40,036 bases of DNA from a virus: the IMG/VR virus record IMGVR_UViG_3300045988_103585. One strand, 5' to 3'. The position numbers were made by a program, and so were the translations under genes. This document shows, piece by piece, positions 13,990 to 20,724 of the stretch. The notes under the pieces are model-generated. The model ran no database searches and was not told the DNA's origin. It was given only the letters and a program-made list of their open reading frames with translations. The stretch's first letter is position 1. Every line of letters begins with the position of its first letter.

Positions 13990-14186
13990 TACTCTTTCCT
14001 TTCCCGAAGCAGCGTGTTGACTGTTACGCCTAAAACGTCAGCGACCTTTTGCAGGCTAGTTAGGCTCGGGTTAAATGTTCGTTTCCATTTTTCTATATGA
14101 CCCCTAGCCAAACCGGCACGTCTTTCGATTTCTCTTATAGACATTCCACGTTTTTTTGCGTAAAATTCTATGTTTTTGTAAACCAT
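13989..14186 (-). CDS. Cro-like XRE-family HTH regulator (65 aa)
   Basis: KKRGMSIREIERRAGLARGHIEKWKR...SLQKVADVLGV is a classic XRE HTH. It is the first recognisable regulator gene of the early operon; a 65-aa ORF at 14487..14684 precedes it. Confidence 0.8.
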   Translation of the reverse strand: MVYKNIEFYAKKRGMSIREIERRAGLARGHIEKWKRTFNPSLTSLQKVADVLGVTVNTLLRERKE

Positions 14187-14209
14187 CGTTTCTCCTTTCG
14201 TAATTTTTT

Positions 14210-14218
14210 TGCTATAAT
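14210..14218 (+). promoter_or_regulatory. Extended -10 promoter element (TGcTATAAT) upstream of the 100-aa rightward ORF
   Basis: TGCTATAAT at 14210-14218. The -35 (ttctcc) is weak. The RBS GAGGTGG follows at 14225-14231. Confidence 0.4.
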
Positions 14219-14236
14219 GCTTTTGAGGTGGTAAAT

Positions 14237-14536
14237 ATGAAAAATAAAATTATGAGAAAACTGGAATTTGGCAAATACACATCGCTTGAAACTGTTGCCG
14301 GATGGTTTCCAGAAAAATCAATCGAATCTGTCGGAAAGTCGATTGATTTGCTAGGGAAACTAGGGTTTATAGAAGCATCTGACGATCTCAATGGTATATC
14401 CCTAAGAACTATTTCTTCATTGCAAGATTTTTTAGAGTATCAACGAAAGAAATTCTTTGAATATTCCATTGGTGTATCAGCTATCATTATTGCAATAGAA
14501 TCTTCAATAAACATATTCCGAACACTGTTCCGCTAA
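14237..14536 (+). CDS. Hypothetical protein with a C-terminal hydrophobic helix (99 aa)
   Basis: ATG at 14237 lies 5 nt after GAGGTGG. The track ORF begins at a GTG at 14228. Confidence 0.45.
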   Translation: MKNKIMRKLEFGKYTSLETVAGWFPEKSIESVGKSIDLLGKLGFIEASDDLNGISLRTISSLQDFLEYQRKKFFEYSIGVSAIIIAIESSINIFRTLFR

Positions 14537-14684
14537 TCCCTGTAAATACTCCGAGAAAAAAAGCGGGTTTCGCTATTTGCCTTGCGGAAAGTAATATATA
14601 TTCCTGTGCCAAAGGATTTTCCCAGAACTGCATGCCAAATTTTATTAAATCTATGGCATGCTCTTCTTTTGTTTTCTTTTCCAT
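14487..14684 (-). CDS. Hypothetical small protein with a C-terminal TM helix (65 aa)
   Basis: ATG at 14684 behind AGAGGTGG. Its 3' end overlaps the convergent ORF 14237..14536 by 50 nt. Confidence 0.4.
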   Translation of the reverse strand: MEKKTKEEHAIDLIKFGMQFWENPLAQEYILLSARQIAKPAFFLGVFTGISGTVFGICLLKILLQ

Positions 14685-14727
14685 CTCCACCTCTGCATTA
14701 TTTGTAGTAAGAAGTTACGAAAAAATA

Positions 14728-14756
14728 TTGACATCTGACGTAATTTGTTCTATTAT
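14728..14756 (+). promoter_or_regulatory. Rightward (lysogenic, repressor-side) promoter
   Basis: TTGACA (14728-14733), 17 nt, TATTAT (14751-14756). Confidence 0.55.
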
Positions 14757-14826
14757 TCAAGTAACCACACAAGATAATAGAAAACGGAATAATATTCGTT
14801 CGTACATTATTACTACCTATGTTTTT

Positions 14827-14855
14827 ATATTACCATACATTTGTACGAACGTCAA
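14827..14855 (-). promoter_or_regulatory. Leftward (early/lytic) promoter facing the rightward promoter
   Basis: On the minus strand: TTGACG (14855-14850), 17 nt, TAATAT (14832-14827). Confidence 0.55.
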
Positions 14856-14901
14856 TATGTTTTTCGTAATTCTGTACTACTTTTTTGAGAAAGGTTTTTC
14901 C

Positions 14902-15258
14902 ATGAATATTTACGAAAGAATCAAGGAATTGTGCAAGAAAAAAGGTGTCGCTATTAAAGAAATGGAGATAGCCGTAGGAATCGGAGAAAAGAATGCCAAC
15001 AAATGGAAAACAAGAACACCATCTGCGGAAAGTCTATTAAAGCTATCCGAATACTTCGGTGTATCTACCGATTATATATTAACCGGGGAAGATAATGGAG
15101 TGTCTAAAAATTATTATTTTGACCAAGAGATAGAAACTATTGCACAGGAAATAGCAAGACACCCGGGCATGAAAACATTATTTGAAGCTTCTATGAGTCT
15201 ATCTGATGAAGATTTGCAGTATGTAAATGATTTAATCAAAAGATTCAAGAATAAATAA
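14902..15258 (+). CDS. CI-like XRE-family repressor (118 aa)
   Basis: MNIYERIKELCKKKGVAIKEMEIAVGIGEKNANKWK...LLKLSEYFGVSTDYIL is an XRE HTH followed by a C-terminal oligomerisation-like tail. ATG at 14902 behind GAGAAAGG. Trimmed from track ORF 14632..15258. Confidence 0.8.
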   Translation: MNIYERIKELCKKKGVAIKEMEIAVGIGEKNANKWKTRTPSAESLLKLSEYFGVSTDYILTGEDNGVSKNYYFDQEIETIAQEIARHPGMKTLFEASMSLSDEDLQYVNDLIKRFKNK

Positions 15259-15270
15259 TAGGAGGGAACT

Positions 15271-15504
15271 ATGGAAGAAAGAGTTAATATTATCTATCAC
15301 CCTTTGCCGCTATCAATAAGGGGGTTCGTAACCCAAACATTCGACGATAACGGAGAACCATTTTACACCATCTGCTTGAATACCGCATTTAATGCAGAAG
15401 TGCAATATCGGACTTTCAGACACGAGATCGCGCATATTGCTCATAACGACTTCGACAGCGATATGCCAATCGGAGAGATTGAAGCTATTAGACATTTGAT
15501 TTAG
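15271..15504 (+). CDS. Short ImmA/IrrE-like HExxH metallopeptidase (77 aa)
   Basis: FRHEIAHIAHNDF contains HEIAH. It lies immediately downstream of the XRE repressor, the usual ImmR-ImmA arrangement. Confidence 0.6.
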   Translation: MEERVNIIYHPLPLSIRGFVTQTFDDNGEPFYTICLNTAFNAEVQYRTFRHEIAHIAHNDFDSDMPIGEIEAIRHLI

Positions 15505-15520
15505 TATGGAGGTGTGAATA

Positions 15521-16357
15521 ATGAAAAAGGCTTTATCATTTATTTTATCTGTTTTCATAACGGTATCAATGACAACTCCAGCTTATGGATATGGGCTGGC
15601 AAAACCAAACATAACATACATAGAATCGGACGGAAACTGCGTTTACATTGAATGGACTAATATTTATGGCGCCGAAATATACAACGTATATCGTTCTGAA
15701 ACTAACAAGTATGACTATGAATTTATAGACACAGCAACTAGCAATTCCTATTTTGATTCAAACGTAGAATATGGAAAAAGGTATTATTACCAAGTCCAAG
15801 GGGTGAGCACCACAAGTTTTAGTGATCCAAGTGATTCTAAATCTGCAAAAATTGTATGGACAGATAAGCATTTTCCAATCAACGATTTGGGCAGACCGGA
15901 ACTTACTACATTTACGGACGAAGATCAGGACTGTATATGGCTTCTTTGGGATGAGATTGAGGGCGCGAACGCATACTTCATATATAGATCAACATCAAAA
16001 AACGGAACATACGAGTTGAAATATGTTGAAGATAAAAGCAGACCAATATTTGATAAAGATATTAAAAAGAATAAACGATACTATTACAAGGTCCAAGCCT
16101 TATATTTTGATGAAGAGAATGGTACTGTGCTCGGCGGGAAACCTAGTTTGTGGAGATCCGATATAATCACAAGCAAAAGAATTGTAAAAAAATCAACCAA
16201 AACTGTATCAAAGCCCGTTAGTCAAACAGTGTACGTCACAAGAACAGGTTCAAAATATCACCGATATGGTTGCCAGTATTTAAGGAAAAGCTGCTATTCT
16301 ATAAGCAAATCTGATGCAAAAGCAAGAGGATATACAGCTTGTTCAAGGTGTTGGTAA
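15521..16357 (+). CDS. Secreted protein with two FN3-like repeats and a C-terminal Cys/His motif
   Basis: Signal peptide MKKALSFILSVFITVSMTTPAYG. Two repeats carry W...Y.(V/I)YRS...Y and KRYYY(Q/K)VQ. C-terminus: GSKYHRYGCQYL...GYTACSRCW. Confidence 0.6.
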   Translation: MKKALSFILSVFITVSMTTPAYGYGLAKPNITYIESDGNCVYIEWTNIYGAEIYNVYRSETNKYDYEFIDTATSNSYFDSNVEYGKRYYYQVQGVSTTSFSDPSDSKSAKIVWTDKHFPINDLGRPELTTFTDEDQDCIWLLWDEIEGANAYFIYRSTSKNGTYELKYVEDKSRPIFDKDIKKNKRYYYKVQALYFDEENGTVLGGKPSLWRSDIITSKRIVKKSTKTVSKPVSQTVYVTRTGSKYHRYGCQYLRKSCYSISKSDAKARGYTACSRCW

Positions 16358-16369
16358 GAGGAAAATAAC

Positions 16370-17890
16370 ATGGTACTGATGTATTTACGGAAGTCTCGGT
16401 CAGATAACCCCTACGAGACTGTGGAAGAAGTGCTATCAAGGCATGAGACATTGCTTCAAGAATACGCAGAAAAAGTATATGGTTATCGAATTCCGGAAAG
16501 TCAAATTTATCGTGAGGTCGTATCCGGAGAAAAGATTCACACACGACCGGAAATGCAGATACTATTGAAACGAATTGAATCGTCTGACGTAAAATCTGTA
16601 CTGGTCGTTGACCCGCAGCGTCTTTCTAGGGGCGATTTAATGGACTGCGGTCGTTTGATGCAGGCGTTCAAATACAGCCGCACAACGATCGTTACACCAA
16701 TGAAAATATTTGACTTATGGGATAAGTTTGACGAAAAGATGTTCCAAGATGAACTGCTACGCGGGCGTGATTACCTCGAATACGCGAAAGAAGTCATGGC
16801 GCGCGGGCGAAAACTGTCTGCATCAGAGGGTTGGTATCTTGGAAGCGTTCCGCCGTTTGGATATGACATTGATTACGTTATGGACGGCAAGCGTCGCAGA
16901 AAAACGCTGAAGCCTAACCAAATAGAAGCACCAATAGTTGATAAAATCTTCTCTTGGTTCGTGGACTTAAAAATGTCCTTGTATGGAATTGCAGCTAAAT
17001 TAAACAACATGGGAATAAAACCAAGAAAAGCAGAACATTTCTCAACAGATGCAGTCAGACACATTCTTTCGAATCCTATTTATATAGGTAAAATTTCAGT
17101 TGGACGACGTCCGATGGTTGAAAAACTGGTTGATGGGAAAGTGGTTGTATCACGTCCTAGGACTGCCCCACAAAGAATTTTTGATGGAAAACAGCCTGCG
17201 ATCACACAAGAAGAAAGATTTTATGCTGCGCAAGAACGCCTCGGAAATATTCCTAAAACGAAGATGGGCAAAGGGGTGACAAATCCTTTGGTAGGAATTC
17301 TAAAATGCAGCTGCGGTCGCGCTATGATATATCACCCAGGACGCGGTGAGGCAAGATTGATGTGCGCAAATAGAAGATACTGCGGATCACGTTCTGTTCC
17401 GTTTGAGGAAATATACAATGCTATCATAGATGCACTAAAAGAAAATGCAAGAGACTTTCAGATTAAAATTGACTCCGGTATTGACATCGCACTACAGAGA
17501 TACAACGAAGAAGTTTCAGAAATAAAAGGAAATCTTCAAGAACTCGATGTGCAGCAAGAAAGATTATTTTCGTTCCTAGAATCCGGAACGTACGACGAAA
17601 TGACATTCCGGAAACGTAATTCTATTTTGATGGAAAAACAAGAGAAACTAAAAAAACAGTATGAAGAGATATTGGCTAACGAGCCGGAAACAATCGACTA
17701 CAAAGAGAAAATCGGAACACTGTATCAAGCAATAGACGCAATGAAATCAGAGGAACTAACAGCAAAACAGAAGAACGATTTTCTAAAAAATATAATAGGC
17801 AGTATCGTCTATACTCAATTAGAAATATTAGACAATGGAACGAGGTGGGGAAAGAACCAGTACAGACTGGATATTTTTTTGAAAAATTGA
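16370..17890 (+). CDS. int: Large serine recombinase (integrase)
   Basis: N-terminal resolvase catalytic domain (YLRKSRSD... with the Ser nucleophile context), recombinase domain, zinc ribbon CSCGRAM...CANRRYCGS, and a C-terminal coiled coil. Confidence 0.9.
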   Translation: MVLMYLRKSRSDNPYETVEEVLSRHETLLQEYAEKVYGYRIPESQIYREVVSGEKIHTRPEMQILLKRIESSDVKSVLVVDPQRLSRGDLMDCGRLMQAFKYSRTTIVTPMKIFDLWDKFDEKMFQDELLRGRDYLEYAKEVMARGRKLSASEGWYLGSVPPFGYDIDYVMDGKRRRKTLKPNQIEAPIVDKIFSWFVDLKMSLYGIAAKLNNMGIKPRKAEHFSTDAVRHILSNPIYIGKISVGRRPMVEKLVDGKVVVSRPRTAPQRIFDGKQPAITQEERFYAAQERLGNIPKTKMGKGVTNPLVGILKCSCGRAMIYHPGRGEARLMCANRRYCGSRSVPFEEIYNAIIDALKENARDFQIKIDSGIDIALQRYNEEVSEIKGNLQELDVQQERLFSFLESGTYDEMTFRKRNSILMEKQEKLKKQYEEILANEPETIDYKEKIGTLYQAIDAMKSEELTAKQKNDFLKNIIGSIVYTQLEILDNGTRWGKNQYRLDIFLKN

Positions 17891-17902
17891 TTACCATGAT
17901 AT

Positions 17903-17924
17903 TGGAACATACGAATCTGTTCCA
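17903..17924. promoter_or_regulatory. Candidate attP core (inverted repeat TGGAACA-8 nt-TGTTCCA)
   Basis: A perfect 7-bp inverted repeat 13 nt after the integrase stop codon. Confidence 0.25.
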
Positions 17925-17953
17925 TAATGATAGTTATATATTGACTTCAACAG

Positions 17954-17980
17954 AAAAACCACCAACAAGCGGTGGTTTTT
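17954..17980. terminator. Bidirectional rho-independent terminator
   Basis: aaaaaccacc-aacaagc-ggtggttttt between the convergent integrase gene and the cassette. Confidence 0.8.
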
Positions 17981-18044
17981 TCTGTGAAGTGTGTGTATAC
18001 GTGAAAAGCACGTGTTTTATATACCTATTATATAGCAGATTCGT

Positions 18045-18485
18045 TTATGCGTCAAGAAAATACTTCGCTACTTTGTATTTCTTCCCATCAACGTCATTGA
18101 TGAAGTTATCTGACATGCTGTAATAGAATTCTGTGTCTTCAGACATACCCACCATAGCCGCTGTGTCGTGATAATCGTTGTAGCACATATTCATCACCAT
18201 GTACCATGAAACGCAATCAAAATCGCTTCTTTTTGCGCTTACAAATGAAGCGATTGTTTCCATCGACCATTTCTCGCCATACGGACGCATGCTTCTGACG
18301 ATCTCTTTTGCCTTTTCATCGCAAATATGGTATGCAACCGCGCCGATTTCGTCCATGATACTTTCATAGCATGCAGGGTCATATCTTTTCAAGCGTTCCA
18401 TTCCGTTATTGATTGCATGGTGAACCCTATCCCATTTCGGCTCTTCCTTGCGCGAAATAAGACTAATCAATTCCATGTATTCCAT
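18045..18485 (-). CDS. Hypothetical protein (146 aa; cassette gene 5)
   Basis: ATG with a TAATG overlap. Motif PYGEKWSMETIASF...WYMVMNMCYNDYHD. Confidence 0.6.
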   Translation of the reverse strand: MEYMELISLISRKEEPKWDRVHHAINNGMERLKRYDPACYESIMDEIGAVAYHICDEKAKEIVRSMRPYGEKWSMETIASFVSAKRSDFDCVSWYMVMNMCYNDYHDTAAMVGMSEDTEFYYSMSDNFINDVDGKKYKVAKYFLDA

Positions 18486-18883
18486 TACTGAATCCTTTCT
18501 ACCGTCACGATTGCGTTATTGACTGTGGCTGACGCAGACAGTCTGAACGACAATGCAGCTTCTGTTCCGATGTTGTTTCTTACAGCCCGCACAATATCCG
18601 TAACGTTTAGCGTGATAAGGTCTGTTGCTGCTGCCGATGTCGCCCCGGCTGCCGCACCTGGGATAGCAACGCCGTTGTTATACATCTGCAAAGTAATGTT
18701 TCCGGCAGCTACACCTGTAATGTTAAACATCGCGTCAATATCATACGCGCCGCATTTGTTTAAGTTGATGCGGTTATTCGTCATTGCTGTGTTGCAATTC
18801 GTATTGAATATGAGATTCAGCGGAATATCCGTTCCGGCTGTTACTGCTGTCGCAGTTGTGATGTTTGCTTTTAACATTTTCAT
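18485..18883 (-). CDS. BclA-C-terminal-domain-like (C1q/TNF-like jelly-roll) protein (cassette gene 4)
   Basis: GAYDIDAMFNITGVAAGNITLQMYNNGVAIPGAAAGAT...LITLNVTDIV...ALSFRLSASATVNNAIVTVERIQ parallels the beta-strand pattern of the BclA CTD. ATG at 18883 or 18877 behind GGAAAGGA. The track ORF starts at a TTG at 18898. Confidence 0.5.
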   Translation of the reverse strand: MKMLKANITTATAVTAGTDIPLNLIFNTNCNTAMTNNRINLNKCGAYDIDAMFNITGVAAGNITLQMYNNGVAIPGAAAGATSAAATDLITLNVTDIVRAVRNNIGTEAALSFRLSASATVNNAIVTVERIQ

Positions 18884-18933
18884 TCCTTTCCAAGACAACG
18901 GCGGGGAAACCCCGCCGATTCTTTAACCTATCG

Positions 18934-19527
18934 TTATACTAAAGTCGTCCCGGTCATTCCATTGCACCCGTAGGCGATCGGCGCCATGTAATAACCATAC
19001 GGATTCGTTTTCGGAATGCCGCATAATGCAGTCTGAAGCTGAAGCTGATTGATTTGGTTCTGCATATCAGCAATTCTGTTTCCAGTGATGGCATCTAAGA
19101 TTTTCTGTGTCTGTTCTGTCGTGTTTGCATTGATTGCCGCGGTATTGATTGCACCATTGTAGTTTACGCCGTCAATCGCTCTCTGCGTCTCGCAGCAACA
19201 CTGCGAAATCTGATTTTGTGTCGTGCCGAAGTTACGAAGCGTTTCGTATCCAAGATTGGAAAGTCCGTTCTGAAGACCCATGTAATCAGCCTGCAAGCTG
19301 TCACCCAATCTACCGACTGTGTTGTCAAGGTTGTTGAAGTTCATAGCATTGCAAAGCCCTGCCTCTGTGACCGGAGAGCCTTTTGCCCCGCCGAAACCAA
19401 ACCCGCCGCCACCGATGAGCAGAAGAATCAGCAAAGCGAAGATCCACAATCCGGAGCCGCCGCCACCGAGTACGTTTGTATCCTTGCCGGTAACTGCGCT
19501 GATGTCAGCTAATGAATAATTTTCCAT
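18934..19527 (-). CDS. Gly-rich single-pass membrane protein with a Cys-containing Q/N-rich ectodomain (cassette gene 3)
   Basis: GGGGSGLWIFALLILLLIGGGGFGFGG, then a 140-aa Q/N-rich region containing a CCC triplet and four further Cys. Confidence 0.6.
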   Translation of the reverse strand: MENYSLADISAVTGKDTNVLGGGGSGLWIFALLILLLIGGGGFGFGGAKGSPVTEAGLCNAMNFNNLDNTVGRLGDSLQADYMGLQNGLSNLGYETLRNFGTTQNQISQCCCETQRAIDGVNYNGAINTAAINANTTEQTQKILDAITGNRIADMQNQINQLQLQTALCGIPKTNPYGYYMAPIAYGCNGMTGTTLV

Positions 19528-19565
19528 GATAATACTCCTTTTCTTTTATTTATAAAATTGCAATT

Positions 19566-19790
19566 TTATCGAAGCATGCCAAGAATCATATCGGGGTTTA
19601 TGCCCATTTCGTTGCATTTCTGATAAAAAACCTCTTGTGGGTTTTTACCGTTTACCATATCCATAACCTCTTTGATTCTTGGGTCGTTCATTTGACTAAG
19701 CGCGGACATCGGGTCTTTTGCAGTCTGCATGATTTGTTTTATTTGACCGATTGCTGGTGCGATCTGTGTCATTTGTAAAATAGGATTCAT
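19566..19790 (-). CDS. Hypothetical small helical protein (74 aa; cassette gene 2)
   Basis: ATG with a TAATG overlap to gene 1. Confidence 0.55.
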   Translation of the reverse strand: MNPILQMTQIAPAIGQIKQIMQTAKDPMSALSQMNDPRIKEVMDMVNGKNPQEVFYQKCNEMGINPDMILGMLR

Positions 19791-20077
19791 TACTCTACCC
19801 CCTTATCTGCGAGCGACTTTTTTATTGTTTCGGATAATTCCATGATCTGCGCCTTTAATTCGTCTAACTCCGCGTGATTTACAATATCAGGTTTCGGTTC
19901 TTGCACTTCCACAAAATCAAAAGCCTTTACCGTAGAGAATCCGGAAGCGTCTGACGTTTTCAAATAGAATCTAGGTCTGGTAGAATCCATCAGTATGACT
20001 TGTTGGTTCGGGAAAATTCTATAAGCGTTTGCGCTCTCTATTCCATTGACATATTGGATGCCCTGTGTGTTGAACAT
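19790..20077 (-). CDS. Hypothetical protein (95 aa; cassette gene 1)
   Basis: ATG at 20077 behind AAGGAGAAAATC. Trimmed from track ORF 19790..20119. Confidence 0.55.
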   Translation of the reverse strand: MFNTQGIQYVNGIESANAYRIFPNQQVILMDSTRPRFYLKTSDASGFSTVKAFDFVEVQEPKPDIVNHAELDELKAQIMELSETIKKSLADKGVE

Positions 20078-20098
20078 GATTTTCTCCTTTTTTCTTTT

Positions 20099-20127
20099 AT
20101 TCTGACACGCATACGCCAATGAGACAA
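20099..20127 (-). promoter_or_regulatory. Weak candidate promoter for the five-gene cassette
   Basis: On the minus strand: TTGTCT (20127-20122), 17 nt, TGtCAGAAT (-10 at 20104-20099). Confidence 0.3.
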
Positions 20128-20152
20128 TTTACGAAAAAGGTACAAAAAAGGC

Positions 20153-20184
20153 ATAAAAAAAGAAGGGGTCGGAATCGACCCCTT
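20153..20184 (-). terminator. Rho-independent terminator ending the late operon
   Basis: 9-bp stem aaggggtcg/cgacccctt (20163-20184) with a gaat loop, followed on the minus strand by CTTTTTTTAT. Confidence 0.8.
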
Positions 20185-20383
20185 ACAATACTTTCCCTAT
20201 TTTCCTGTTTACACGTTGAGAATATTTTCTTGCTGTGTCTGCTGATATGTTGAGTGCTTCGGCGATTGCTTCTAAGGGAATCCCTCTTGACCGCATCTCA
20301 AATACTTCAATTTCTAAATTGACAAAATTGCAATTTTCACGAAAGAAGTCGAGTTCCGGTTTTGTGAAGCCACATACCCGCAT
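20183..20383 (-). CDS. Small sigma-70 region-4/LuxR-type HTH protein (66 aa)
   Basis: LEIEVFEMRSRGIPLEAIAEALNISADTARKYSQRVNRKI. Confidence 0.55.
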   Translation of the reverse strand: MRVCGFTKPELDFFRENCNFVNLEIEVFEMRSRGIPLEAIAEALNISADTARKYSQRVNRKIGKVL

Positions 20384-20391
20384 GTTCTCTC

Positions 20392-20724
20392 CTATTCTTT
20401 TATCTCTTTCTTTACCTGTTCATAGACAGCTTCAATAATTTTGTCTAATTCGTCGGCAGAGACATTGATTCTCAGCTCTTTCAGCTTATTGGAAACAAAC
20501 TGTAGGACCTCTGCTTTTTTCTTTTCGCCTGTCTCAGACTGCATCCACTGTTTCGCCCATCTGACTGAAACTTCCGTCCAGTACATGATTGTTTCCTGCT
20601 TTTCTTTGCTCATTTCAGCCTTTGCAGCCTTCCATTTTGTCGTCACAAGCGGGACTAAAACGCCTGTGATAATCAGTGTGCATAAGCTAATAATTACTTC
20701 CGTCCAGTTTACCATGTTACTCAT
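20392..20724 (-). CDS. Holin, LL-H-like (N-terminal TM plus amphipathic tail)
   Basis: WTEVIISLCTLIITGVLVPLV TM helix, then ...AKQWMQSETGEKKKAEVLQFV...IIEAVYEQV, typical of LL-H-family holins. Confidence 0.6.
   Translation of the reverse strand: MSNMVNWTEVIISLCTLIITGVLVPLVTTKWKAAKAEMSKEKQETIMYWTEVSVRWAKQWMQSETGEKKKAEVLQFVSNKLKELRINVSADELDKIIEAVYEQVKKEIKE

Noticed and set aside
14632-14901. The long N-terminal extension of the repressor ORF (track ORF 14632..15258), and similar extensions of 107..376, 10294..10674, 10565..10966, 25989..27368 and 30407..32530.
   Set aside because: - The extensions read through promoter, operator or upstream-gene sequence.
- They look non-protein-like.
- In each case a downstream ATG has a proper GGAGG-type RBS or an ATGA/TAATG overlap with the preceding gene.
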